Shown here: piece after piece, positions 12,604 through 25,775 of the stretch
Position numbering within the stretch: position 1 is the stretch's first letter
Layout: each line of letters starts with the position of its first letter
DNA from: Reclinomonas americana ATCC 50394
Lineage: Eukaryota
Length of the DNA stretch: 64,000 bases
NCBI GenBank assembly: GCA_048213135.1
Contig: PS015097.1
Coordinates: 134,679-198,678, forward strand
Direction of reading: 5' to 3'
The notes under the pieces: model-generated
The model's input: the letters and a program-made list of their open reading frames with translations, nothing else
The model's database searches: none
What the model was told of the DNA's origin: nothing
Program-made: the position numbers and the translations under genes

Positions 12604-15600
12604 TCATCTTAGCCGACCGCTCTTCAGTGTGCCAAAGTCGGCACGTAGACGCAGCAGGCCCTGCATCTCCTCCAGCTTCATGCCGACAAAGGCGTCCTCT
12701 TTCATGAGGTCGCGGATTTGCGACGGGTGCACCAGGAACAGCTTGGTGATCTCCTTGAGGAAGCGGAAGCGCTCCGACACGGCATCGATGCCGAACGACT
12801 CGGCACACGTTTCATACTCGGCCACGTCGCGCATCAGCTGGAGCGCGCCCTGCATCGAGATCACGAACCGACGCAGGTGCTTCATCACGCAGCTACACGC
12901 ATAACACATGTATTCAGCAACCGCAGAGAGACAATCATCATCACCTTCATCATCAGCTGCTCACGCAACTCGTACAAGCGCATGCCAAAGAGCGACAAGA
13001 ACTCGTTCTGATTGCGCCCATCGAGCATGGCACGGATCTTGGTGACGGTGGATGTCACAAACTCGGTGGCTTGGCGACACGCCCGGGTTGGCCCACCGTC
13101 CATGGACTCGGTGGCCTTTTTCGGAGGATTGTAATCGGTCTTGCTCTGACTCGTCGTCAGCATGTCGTCAATGTACATGCACAGGCCTGGGTGACGCAGG
13201 GCACGCGTTGGAAACGTGCGATGAAAGAGTGACGGAGAGACTCTGCATACCTCTCAAGCACAGATTCATGCCCTCGGCCACGTTCTCCTCCAGCTGCTGG
13301 AGCAGGCGATTCTTGTCCGACACGCACTCCTTGCCCGAGACCGACACACCGCTCGTCTGCCACAGCGAGATGCTGGCGTCGGAGAACACTGGCAACACAT
13401 CTTGCTGGAAGTGCTCCTGCAGCTTCAGCACGACCGCGTTGACGGTACGCACGCCCGCCAGGAAGTCATCGATGGGTGCCGGATCGAGGAGTGGCTGACC
13501 GCGTCGACTCGTGGCATCGCGCAGGCGCATGAGACCACTGAGGAGAGTGTGCACTCATGAGGACAATGAGACGGAGACAGGAGGGTGGAGCAACAGCACA
13601 GACGCAACTTGTCGACTCGCTCCCGCATGTACTTGCCGAGATACAGAATGACCACGGAAAATAGTTGTGGGGCCAGTGCGGCTCTGCGTGCACACACGCA
13701 CAAAATACACGCGCAAGCTGTCAGTATCCAAAACAGAGTTCCCTGAACCGACATGCGATGGTCACGAAACACATCGGTGGGCCGCACATCCATGCACCGC
13801 CGAATGGCATCTCGAGACGACTGCAGCGCATTCACGCAAAACTCGAAGGCGTGGCGTCCCTCAATAAAAGCGCCCGACGAGTCGAAGCTGGGACTCTGCA
13901 TTGGCGCACCATCGATCAATATTAGAGACACAAAAAACCACCTCTTCACATGTGTGATGTGCGCACCTCGGGCAGGGAGGAGAACCGACGACAGTACTCT
14001 TCCAGATTCTCCACTTCACGCTTCCCGTACCTGCAAGATTGACAGTGGTGAGCGACACAGCAGGACAATCACGAACCCCTCCCCTTGCAAACACGCAACT
14101 CCTCCGAGTACTCGCCGAGAAGCGTCTCGACGTACTTCATAAAGTCAAGGGACGCAAGATTGGCGGCCTTGAGACGACCGGCAAACTCCACACACGATTC
14201 TGCATCATGCCCACCAGTCAGCTAATCCACATGCTCCTCACCATCGCCCGCGTTCACACACAGAGTTACCCAACTGCGGACATTGGCAAACGTGCGCAGG
14301 AAAGTCAGTTCGTCAATGTCGATGGACATGGCCTGCAAATCGGCCGTGCCCAACAACTGTCGCACATTCGAGGCGATCTGTACGCGATGGAGTCAGCCGT
14401 CATCCATGTCGTCGACGAGGGACGCACGACGAAACGACATGCTCGAAAATGCGCGTCAGCAGCAAGTCCAGCACGTGCTCCGGATTGTTGAAGATCTTGG
14501 CAATCAGCGCCGACTCGTGGCGCAACACTCGTTCCACCTCACCAAACAGCATATCCAGGCCGGCGATCGGCTGCCCGAGCTTCAGCGTTCTGCAGGGAGA
14601 GAGAGAGTGTTAGGGTGCAACGATCCCTCACTGTCTTTCGACACCTCCCATCCCCTCAATCGCAACGTCACTCGTTCCGACTCGTCGGTAAACATCTCCG
14701 CCGCCAGCTGCTCCACCACATCCTCCACGAGGCGCACGTACTTGCGATGACACCGGTTGCCGCCGTTGAATTCGAACAGCACACCCGCAATGCCCTTCAT
14801 CACCTTGATCTGCTGCTCGGCCTTCTCGCCGGTGCGGAACTTGCGGAACGCGCTCTCAAAGTGCCGCAACAGCTTGCTCTCAAAGTCGCGGCAAAAGGCA
14901 AAGATGCGCTCGCACGTGTCCTCGTGCTCAGTCAACTCCTCCGCCACGCCCTTGAGTTTCTTGGCCACCACGGCCAACTGCAAACACAACAAACAAAACC
15001 AAGACTGTGAGCAGAGGAGGGGCGTGCGAGAGAGGGAAGGAGATGGAGAAGCACGCAACATCGCGGACTTTCTCGGAACCCTGCAGCAAGTCGACGGCGG
15101 ACACCTCGTTGCGTTCGAACCGCAGGAACGTGTCGAGCAAGTTGCGCGCATCCTCCGCCCGCCGCGACTGCGTCTCCAGATTGTCCAGCCGCTCTCCAAT
15201 CTGCACCGCCGTGTTTCCATAGTTGGTGACGCTGTTATCCAGCCGCTTGAACTGATCCAGAATCGCACTCATGTCGCCACCACTGCTGCCGGCCGTGTCA
15301 CGAAAGGCGTCCTCGGCACGATGCAGCGTTGCCTCCCACTCGGCAATCTCCTGCTCCACCTCCTTGTACAGACGTCGCATCGAGCGCAACGAGGAGCCGA
15401 AGAGCTTCTGAAAGTCGCGACTCATCGGCAACAGCAGCGCATCGTCGCCCGAGCTGCAGAGACAAGTGAATGTGAGAGAGAGAGAGAGAGAGAGAGAGAT
15501 AGGAAGATGGAAGGCGAGAGAGAGAGAGAGAGAGACAGGCAGAGAGACGCAACCCGCCAGGCTCGGTGGGCGAGAGCAAACTGCCTCCTGCTGCGGCCAC

Positions 15601-16099
15601 TGCCGACACGGCGGCATCGGCACGTTTGCGCGCCTCATTGAGAGCTCTGTGCGTCAAAATGTCGATAAAGTTGGCCTCGTCAAAGTCAGGCCCGCCAAAG
15701 AAGTCCTTTGTGTGCCATGCATTCGCGTGTGAGCAACGCGCGTGCACACACACATATATGAACACACACACACGCAACATCGACATTCTCAAAGTCAAAA
15801 ATGCCCACTGGTGCGAGAGGCACTGCCTCGGCGGGTGCATGTCGTGGTGCTGTTGCTGCTGCTGCAGTGGTGCCTGCGCCAGTGTCGGTGGGAGCAGCGA
15901 TGGAGGATGTCGCAGTGTCATCAGTGGCAGCTGCTGCTGCGGCGGAGGGTGGTGCGCGCGCACCCCGCCCACTGCTGCTTCCTCGTGTGCGCCCGACTGG
16001 CTCACCCGCGTCGCCCTCTGGATTGGCAAACACCGCGGCGGCAGTGACACGCTCGCGGCGGCGGCCTCGGCGACGCCCTCCGCCATCCTCTCCGTCCAT
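12604..16099 (-). CDS. EXOC5: Exocyst complex component Sec10/EXOC5
   Basis: FDEANFIDIL; FKRLDNSVTNYGNTAVQIGERL; FESKLLRHFESAF; LFEFNGG; QSKTDYNP; GPTRAC; LDGRNQNEFLSLFG; ISMQGALQLMRDVAEY; LRLRADF. Confidence 0.9.
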
Positions 16100-16137
16100 G
16101 TCAATTAAACAAATGAAAAAAAGTGCGATTTCGTTTT

Positions 16138-19100
16138 TTATGAGGTCGCCTGGACTTTTCTCCGCAGGTGATCGATCAGCGAGCGTTTCTCTTGCATGTG
16201 GCGCCACTCGGAGCTGGCCAGTGCGTCCTTGGAGCCGGTGGAGTGGTTCGATTCGAAGCTGGTGGTGCTGGTGCGTCCGCTCTGTGAGCGGAGCAGATCG
16301 AGACTCTGTCGCCACTTGGGTTTCTTGCGCTGCGCGGCCGATTTCTGTGCGCCTCGATGTTTCAGTTGCGAGCTCACGAAACAAGAAGAAAGCAATTGCA
16401 AGCGCAGACGAAACTTCGCGCTCTCCCGACGACACGTCCCAGTCCACTGGCTGCGACTCGCCGTCCATGGATGAGTCCATGGCGTTGTCGGAGCCCTTGC
16501 CTTCGGGGAAGGCGCTGATTTCCACCACTTCGCCCTCGCGCCGCTGCGACGCCGATAGTGACTCGGCCGATACCACTGTCACTTGTGGAGCGACGCCACT
16601 CGCTGCGCCTCCATTCGCCGCTGCCGTCGTGCCCTTGCCCGCAGCAGCCTCCTCGGCGGCCGCCGCCTTGTTGGCCGCCGCCGCACGCAGCGCACTGTCG
16701 CCATTCGCATTGGCACTGTTCACCTTGGCAAAGGCACCAGTGGCGCTCTTGGAGGGTGTGGGTGCCGGTGGAGGAGCAGGCATCCACGGCACATGCAGTG
16801 CATCCGCAAAGCACAACACCAGCGGCTCCACCGACTGGCCCGATTCCACCGCACTGGCACCCCACACATTCGCCGCACCCAAGTCGTGCACCGCACGCAG
16901 CTCCTGCTGCACCTCCGCCACCGGCAACAACGACAGCGGTGCCTCCGAGTGCGCCTGCAACATGCTCAGCAGTCGCACCGACGCATTCACCAGACCCTGC
17001 GCCTGCTCCAACTGCTCGCTGGACTGCGCCGCCACCGAGGCATTCCGGTGCACCACCGACGACGCCACAGCCAGCGCAGTGTGCGACACCTCACCCAGCT
17101 CCTCCGTCAGATCGCGCACCTGACCCAGATCCTTGCAGCGCAGGAGAGCCAGAGAAGAGTCCGTCACACGCTGCATGGCGGCATGTGGATCGCTGTCGAA
17201 CAACTGCAACAGCTGATGTCGCTGATTCAGCAACTCCAGTACCCGACTCGGCAACAGATTCAACGTGTCGGCTGCCGTGTTCATCAGCACGCGGAACTCG
17301 GAGGTGGTCGATGCGTTGCGTAGGGCACGCAGAATCGCCAGCACGCTGGTACAGCGGTCAACCAGGGCCGTTGTCGCTCCCGAGTTGCGTGCCGCACGAA
17401 TGGCCGCCTGGAACTGATCCAGCTCCATGAGACACACGTCACGCAACGCCTCATTCAACATCTTGTCCATCTGTGTCTGATGCACTTGCACGGCCTGCGA
17501 AGTTGGAGAAAAGGTGAGAAAAAGATGGCAATTGAGGCAACAGAAACTGCTGAGCGCGCTACCTTGGCGTGACATCTCACGTACAGCGGGGAGGTGTTGA
17601 TGGCCGTCACATCCGACGCGCGCTGCACTGCACTCTCCAGCTCCTCATCGGTGCGGAAGTACAACAGGTCCTGCAAGTACGTCAACCAGCGGCGATATGT
17701 GCGGAGCGTCTCCCGTCGCACGCCTGCCATTTGCGCATCGTCGACCAACTGCACCACGATTTAGTCGTCACGCTCGCTGTCAAACGCAATCGCCTCCACA
17801 GGCTCACCTCCTCCAGAGCCAACACATCGCCCTCCACATCCACCTTGGTTGCCGCCTGCCGCACCTGGAAATCGTAGCTCTCCGCCACCGCCTTGGCATT
17901 CCACTTCTTGATGGTCTCCTCGAACTCGAGCACCAGCGGGTGCGACTCGAGGAACCGATTCAACTCACATCCCTGCAAGATTGCCTCGGCGTCCTGCAGC
18001 GTTCACACAACAACAACAACAACATACATGTGAGCAAATCCTCGTGATTGAGCACTGGTGCACCGCTGCCACCACACGCACCGTAATACTGGTGGCCTTG
18101 GAGAGTGCAGCCAGTGAATTCAACGCGTCACCCAGCTCTGCAACAATCGGTGCCGGCAGACCGGCACGCGCAGCTGTGTCGAGCACCGGACGGACGGCGT
18201 GTGCATCGTCGGCACTCGTGACCCGCTGTACAAAGGCCTTGAGCTGCGACAACATCGAGTCCAGCGCTCCACCGTCAATCTGGAAGCCGACATCGCCACC
18301 ATCCTCTTCCTCCAACCACCCGCCACCAACACCGTTGCCGCTATCTGATGGTAGTGGGGAGGGATTGGCCGACGAGGCCATGGAGCGCGCCGGCGACTCG
18401 TGCAACCTTCCGTGCTTCTCGTAGTATCTCGACATGGCCGACACTCGTTGTCGCACGTGGTCCAACTTGTCTTCGGCACGTACTGAACCGGCCGCCGACA
18501 GCGCACCACCACCGTTACCGCTTGTTCGAGAAGACGACTGTGATCGCGCACTGTGACCATCCGCTCCGCTTCTCCGACCTTGCCTCGTCGACTCCTCGAA
18601 TAATGACTGCAACTTCTCCTCGGTGCGCACCAACAACATTCCCACACGGTCCTCCAACTTGGCGGGCGGTGGCGGTGGCACGGTTGAGGTGCGACCGCTC
18701 GGTGCCGTGGACTGTGTGCGTGTGGTGGAGGCACTGGAGCGAGCGGTGGACGACGAGCGCGGAGCACCACGCTGCTGGAACAGAGCTCGTGCCGCACTCG
18801 ACACGGACTCGAGAGGATACGAGGCCAGTGGTGGTGTGGAGTCCGCATAGCTCTTCACCCCCGACGCAGGCGCCGAGGCTGTCGGTATGGTACGAATGTT
18901 GCGCTGCTGCGCCACGGCGCGATTGCGTAATCTGGTCACCGACTGCTTCCACATCGTGGTCATGTCGGAGGGATAAAGTCGGCCGCCGCCGAGTTGCTGC
19001 TGTTGCTGAAGCTGCTGCTGCTGCTGAAGCAGTGACAGTGGTGGTGACGAGCCACCATTTGCCACCATATTCGTCGTCGTCGTCGCCGCACCAACACTCG

Positions 19101-21114
19101 CGCCAGTCAAATTCGAGTGGTACGAGAGAGCGTCCATGGAACCTGGTCCAGGCGACGCCTGCACCGAGCGCGACACCTCCAACGTGTGTGTTCGCGTTGC
19201 TCCACTGGCAGTGCCGCCGCCATTGAGAGGAGGCGGTGCCACAGGCGCATCCTCCATCACCGACACAGCAGCTGGTGCAGACGGACCGGCGCGCTTGACA
19301 TACAAGTCCAGACCTGGTGGCAGGAGCAGCAAGCGCGACACAGATTTAGCGATGCCACCACCAAGCACACAAATATCACGTCGGCGCACACGAACCACTC
19401 TGCACTTGACGAGATGGCACAGGAATCGGTCGCAAAGGTGTTTGTTGGGTGGGTGCCGGGGCCGCATTTGGTGCAACCGACGCCGCCGGAGGTGCGGGTG
19501 GCGGCTGGTCCAAAAAGTCGAGAAGATGAAAGTAGTTGAGATCGGGATTCGGTCGCAGGCGAGAGAGCTCCTCGCGAAACACTCCATCCAGCAGCGGACT
19601 CTCCCACTCGGGACGCGCCATAAATCGCTCGTAATCCGACGAGCAGTACAGCAGCAGCGATTTCCTGCACCACACACACACACACAACGTTGTGAGAAGG
19701 ACTGCTGAAACACCGCTCCAGGACCGCAGGAGCGGACGCAACAGCAGGTACGGAATGTGCAGCTGTGCCGCCAGGATCAACAACGACAGCACATTGTCGT
19801 CGTTGATGCCCCACGACTGCAGCTTGGCTCGGGCAGCCTGTGCGCGTGGCAGCAGCGACGTGCAGCGCTTCTGAAACTGCGCCTCCAACATTGTTCTGCG
19901 AGAGAAGGCGAGAGATCGATTGTGATGAGTTGATTGCTTTTGATAAAAGAGGGCGATGCATGTCGTGCACGCAACAGATTGCGCTTCTCCTCGGCCGCTC
20001 GCTCCGACGACGCATCTGCCATGGTCTCCGACACGTCGCCAAACAGCGCATCTAGCCGCGATCGCAACTGTGTGTGTGTCGCACTGCGCGTCAGCAAGGT
20101 GCGCACGTGAGACAAGGCAAGTCAGCAGCACGCAACAGCCTGCGGCGGAAACGATCCATGTCGCAAAAAGTGCGTAAACGTGTCCTCCACCGACGCCTTT
20201 AGCATCTCCCGCAACGTGGACTCGGTGCGCCTCCGCGACGCCTGCCCACGCGCCGTCACCCGCTGCTGCAGCAGCACCAGTGCCGCCTCGAACTCGACGC
20301 GCAATTGAGCCAACTGCGACGAGTCAGCAACAGCGGCAAGACTGCTACACACAGAGAGAGTGAGCGACACAAGACACACGCACCTCACGCAGTGCGCTGA
20401 GCGATGCCTCCATGGCCTCGCGTCGATCTGGCACCGACGACGAGTGAGACGATCGATCATCAAGAGCACAACAACAACGACGACGCAACGAATCGCATCC
20501 GACGCCCAATCAAACACCGCCGTCAACGTCTCGTCCTCCAACGCACGGAACCAATGCGCCGACTCACCACTGCGCCAGCGCCGACAGTGAGTCAACAACA
20601 CCCTCCTCGCACACACTTTGGCCATGGCGCATACACACAAACCTCACACGCCGCGGCTCAAAGCGAACCATCACCGGCGCAGCTGCCTTGGACGCGGTGG
20701 CAACAGACGATGCCGCCGAGGAGGGATCGGAGGCGTGCAACTGCGCCACCGCGTGCGCCACATAATCAATTTCGCGACACGCGCTCTCCAAATCGCACCG
20801 GAACACGCGAGCAGCGGTGCCCGTGGCCGGCGCAGTGGACGACGACGATGTCGATGTCGACTTGCGCGCGCTTGAGGGCGCCGACGTCTTGCCGGCTCCG
20901 AACAACGGCGCGATCTCCACGCGCAACATCGGCCGCAACATTTTGGGGCGCCTGCGCCTGCTCTCTCTCTCTCTTTCTATCACTCTCTGCCTGTCTCTGC
21001 CGGTGAACCCTGCTCTATTGACGCAGCGCCTCTCCACGCTCGCTCTCACTCTCCGCGGTCCTCTCTTTCGGTTGAGTGGAATGGACGGTCGATTTCATTC
21101 ACTTTGTTTCGCAT
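16138..21114 (-). CDS. Large uncharacterised multi-exon protein (over 1200 aa; low-complexity Ser/Pro middle, helical C-terminal half)
   Basis: Long open frames (17965-19713, 15686-17575) join upstream exons through GT-AG introns in consistent phase. The last exon KSAAQRKKPKW...RKVQATS* ends at 16138. The start is inferred at the ATG at 21114. No family recognised. Confidence 0.6.
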
Positions 21115-21426
21115 TCAGGTGAGTCCGCGCGGATTGCGTGCTGTGTGTGTATCTGTGTGCATACAGGAAGGTGTCTGGTCAACGCGCAGTGGCGTGTGCG
21201 TGTGCGTGAGTCGTGCACAGTGCGCGCCATCTCGTCGCCTGTGTCTGTTCTCTGTGTGTCTTCCACCTGCACGCGCGTGTGTTGCATCGTGCGTGTTGGT
21301 GTGTCGTGCCGTGAGATTCGTGCGTGTGTGCCGTGTGCGCCTGTGCGCGTGTGCGTGAGTAAGACATTGTTGTGTGAGCCATGACTGACACACACGCGCA
21401 CACACACACAGAGAGAGGAGAGAGAG

Positions 21427-22081
21427 ATGGTGTTGCAGGTGCTTGTACGACGATGCGCCATGTCAATGGCACGCGCAGAGGCTGCCCCGGCCGCTGCTGC
21501 TGCAGTGGCTGCCAACAAGGTGATTGACGCACTCTGATGATGGACGACGGTTTGACAGGAGAGTGACTCACTCTCTGTGTGTGTGCTGCAAAAGGTTGCC
21601 TTCTCGCTGTTCACACCGCACGCGGCGATCAAGCGACGTGTGGAAGCCGATCTGGTGGTTGTCCCAGGCGCAGCGGGTGTGTTTGGAGTGGCTCCGCAGC
21701 ATGTGCCGACGATTGCCGAGTTGCAACCGGGAGTGGTCGCCGTCTACGAGAACGGCGACGTCAACACACCCGCCAACAAGTACTTTGTGTCGGGAGGATT
21801 CTGCACTGTTTCGTCCATGTGTGCGCACGCGCGCGCGGGGGAGAAATGAGCGCAAAGAACGAGTGTGTTGATGTGTGTTGTTGAAACAGGTGAAGGAGGA
21901 CTCGAGCTGCGACATCTCGGCCATTGAGGCGGTGTCGCTGGCGGATTTCGATCATGATGCGGTGCGGAAGGCCCTGGCTACGGCCAAGGAGAATCTGGCG
22001 TCGGCGCAGTCGGACGAGGATCGTGCCAAGGCGCAGGTGGCAGTCGATGTGTACGAGGCGATTGAGACGGCCTTGGCCTAA
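21427..22081 (+). CDS. ATP5F1D: ATP synthase F1 subunit delta, mitochondrial
   Basis: VVVPGAAGVFGVAPQHVPTIAELQPGVVAV; KYFVSGGF; ISAIEAVSLADFD; AKAQVAVDVYEAI; two introns. Confidence 0.95.
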
Positions 22082-22420
22082 ACCTCTCTCTTATGTCACT
22101 CCCTCCCTGTGAGCGGTGTGGCTTCTCCACCTCGTTTCTTCTTTCTTCTTCTTTCCCCCTTCCTTTCTTCAATCGAGAGAGGAGGGAGTACGCTTTCTTG
22201 CTGCTGTTCTTGCATGCTTCATCTTGCTCTCTTTCGTGTCGTGGTCGTCTGTTTTCTCTCTCTCTCTCTCGTGCGTGACGGAGAGCCGGGGGAATGGCAA
22301 CACGGTGACAGTGGGCAACTGTAGGCATGTGGGATGGTGCGGAAGGCGACGTACATTAAAAAAACAAAAAGAAACAGCATGACATGCAAGCGTCCTGCCA
22401 ATCACAATCCCATCGACATT

Positions 22421-22750
22421 ATGCTGTCGAGAGGAGCTTCATGGCTTGTGCTGATGGTGGCCGTGCTGGCACTGAGTGTCGGTGTTGTGGCGGCCAGCAA
22501 CACCGTGCAGTTGGACGACAACAATGATGCGAAGATCCCGAGGTCACTCTCCGCGGTGCCTCCGGCCGCAGACATGGCCGCGGCATACTATGCAGTTGCG
22601 CGATGACTCTGATGTGTGTGTGCACAGCGCATGCACAAGTCTGATTGTTTGTGTGGTGTGTTTGATGTTTGTTCACACAACATGCAGGAATGGGCGCACT
22701 CGCACTGGGTGAGTCGACATGAGCTGTGTCTCTTTGTGTATGTGTGTGTG

Positions 22751-22797
<47 letters not shown>

Positions 22798-25692
22798 GGA
22801 GGGAGAGACAGAGTTGTGTCTGTGGCATGCGATTTCTCCGCCACCCATTGACCCCCACATGCGACAGGTGTGGATTCATCACAGCGAGAGCACGGCCACA
22901 ACAGTGCAGGCACTGGTGGCAGGCTATCTCAGCCATAACATCACTGTCGGTGCAGTGAACATTGACTCGACGTGGTCCACTGGTGAGTGACTGCGACCAG
23001 AGCGATCGAGCTCTCTCGTTTATCGCTGCTGATTGTGTGTGATCTGCAGCGGAGAACGACTTTATCTGGTGCGTACATGTGTGCTGATATCGATGGCTTG
23101 TTGGTGCTCACTGGCAGCATGCAGGGATGACAAGAAGTTCCCCGATCCCACGACCATGGTTTTTGTCTTCACTCTCCAGATCGCGTGCTCGATCGCTGAA
23201 TTGCTCACTGGCCCTTTGTGTGCACGCCACAGGTCGCTGGTTTCCACAACAGTGGACTCCGCGTCATTCTGTGGGTCACCTCGATGTACAATGTGAGTGA
23301 ACGAGTGAGGGGAGTGTGTCGATCGACTGTTGACTGGCGAGTGTGCAGAACGATTGCCCCGAGTACAAGGACGCGTGCGGCAAGAAGTACTACGTGCATG
23401 AGTTTCGTTTCTCTCTCTCTCATTCATCGTCCGTGCATCCGCCGAGCGTGGTTCTCATTCGTGCCCACCACAGTCCAATCAATGAGTGCCCCCTGATCCG
23501 CTGGTGGCACGGTCATGGAGTGCGTCATCTTGTGTGTTGGAGCACGGATAGTCTCGGGCGACTCACTGTGTGTGCCGCTCCTGCAGAGCCTCGTCGATTA
23601 CTCGAATCCCGACGCGGCCAACTGGTGGCACGGACTGATGGACAAGGTGCTGGACATTGGAATCGACGGGTGTGTAATCGTCAGTCTGTGGCTCCTTCTC
23701 TTTGCGATTCTCATACATACCGCTCATGCGCAGGTGGAAGTGCGACGGCACGGTGGGTGCTTTGCGTGTGTGCATTTTGCGCCTACTTTGAGCGCGCACT
23801 GACTCGTTTTGCGGTCGCAGGATCCGTACATTTTCGAGCTGGTGCCGCCACTCAGCCACCGTGGTATCATGACGTATCGCGAGTATGCTGGTACGCAGAG
23901 GCCGGCACATCTCTCGACGACACCGCCACCTGACACTGCCGTGCAGATTATTACTACCGCGACTTCTTGTTCCACACCCGCAATGTCCGCGGCCCCGAGG
24001 CCCTCATCATGAGTCGTCCAGTGGATGTTTCGTGACGCTGTACTCCATTCGTTAACCACTCCATCTCATTCTCTCCCCGGCAGAGCTTCCCTCCCGGCAG
24101 CGGCGATTTGCACTTTTCATTCTCGCCACACGACGTCATGTTCTCGGGTTGGGTGGGCGATCAGGATTCAACCTTCCACGGCATGCAAGTGGCGCTGGGC
24201 AGTTGCGTTCTCGCAGAAAGAAAGAAGAAGGTCCTTTCCGTCTGTCGCCAATCCTCTTTGGCCTTGCCGCAGACATGCGTGACTCGGCCAAGCAGAACTA
24301 CCTGTCATTCGGCAGCGACACTGGCGGCTACCGCGGCAACTCGACCGCCCCTTCCAAGGAGGTGTTCACACGCTGGTTCCAGCTGTCGACCTTCTGTGGT
24401 CTCTTTGAGAATGGCGGTGGTGGCGAGCATCGGTGAGACGTGTCACAACTCGACGAGCCTCGCTATCTATCACTCGTCTCACTCGCACGCAGTCCGTGGA
24501 TGTTTGACGACGAGACACTGACGACGTACCGCAACTTTGTCTCCATCCGCTATCAACTGATTCCGTTGATCTACGGCGCCGGAAATGTTCTCTACAGCCA
24601 GGTGGGTGGTCTGCTGATCTCTGCGCACGTGCCTTTCTCCTCCCATCCGCTGACCGCTCGTCGAGCAGAACAAGAGCCTGATGGAGTTCACCGCCGATTT
24701 CGACTTCAAGTTTGCCGGCGGTGTGATCTTTGTGGCCACCATGACCGAGGCTGGTACGTCGCGCGCCATCACCTTCCCCAGCGGTGGTCCGTGGGTCGAC
24801 TGGTGGGATACGACCAAGGTCTACAACAATGGTGCAAAGATCACCTACAACTGCCCGTACAATGTGTTCCCCGGTAATGTCGTGCAGTGCGGAGTCTCAT
24901 CGCTCTCCATTCTCATTGCTGACTGTGAAACGATGCGTGCCCAGTGTTCCGTCGCCAGGGTTCGATTGTTCCGCTGTACGGCATGGAGGTCTGCTGCTCG
25001 ACGACTGATTTATGCGCAAGAACTCATTGGCTAACAATGCTGTTGTTTGTTCAGCACCCACTGGCAACCGCACGCATGGGCCTGCGCAAGGAACTCGGCA
25101 TCTTCACCACTCCGCGTCTGCAGGGTGCGCCCCGAGTTTTCCCTCCTCTCCTTCTCGTCGTCGCTCACATCGCGCCAGAATCACACCCGGTCAACATGGA
25201 CGTGTACGACTCGACTGTGGTCATTTCGATTCTCCACCCGCAGTCCGCAGGCGACAAGACTCGCGTGCAAGATGGCGTCTCGTCGGCCAGCCCGGTGAAG
25301 GGATTCAAGGCGTCGTACGAGGCCGACGGCACCGGCTCGGGATTCATGGTCACCATCACTGCTCATCCGCACCGGTGAGTTTTTTCTGGCAATGTCTATT
25401 CGCTTTTTCTGCGCTCGCACCAGACTCACACCGCCCAACCAGAGATGCGGTGGTGGAGTTTGTCGGCGTGCAATGCGATGCCGTCAGCGTGGTCGATGTG
25501 CTGCGCGGAGTTGAGCTGCAGGCGGCGACTGATGGCGTGGATCTCGCCGAGTCGCGTTTCGGCGGTTTCCATTGTGACGCCGCGGCGCACACGTTGTTTA
25601 TCGCCACTGCGCCTGCAGAGGGCCTCACCGCCGGTCTCCAAGTGCACGTGTCAAAGGTCGCTCTCCACCCGGCAATCACCCTCGTGCAGTGA
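22421..25692 (+). CDS. Secreted glycoside hydrolase family 31 (alpha-glucosidase/xylosidase-like), many short exons
   Basis: Signal peptide MLSRGASWLVLMVAVLALSVGVVAA; VNIDSTWST; KFPDP; RVILWVT; DYSNPDAANWW; IDGWKCDGTD (nucleophile Asp); WVGDQD (acid/base); GSDTGGY; FTRWFQL; RYQLIPLIY. Confidence 0.9.
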
Positions 25693-25775
25693 TCTCGATA
25701 CCCAGACAAACCAGATGCTTCATCGTACAATGGGCACAATACATTCTGCTTTTTCCTCCTTTAGCAGCTCGCAGC

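Noticed and set aside
21104-21440. TTG-initiated upstream exon (LFRIQ) for ATP synthase delta
   Set aside because: There is no in-frame ATG, the region is better explained by exon 1 of the minus-strand gene, and an ATG exists at 21427.
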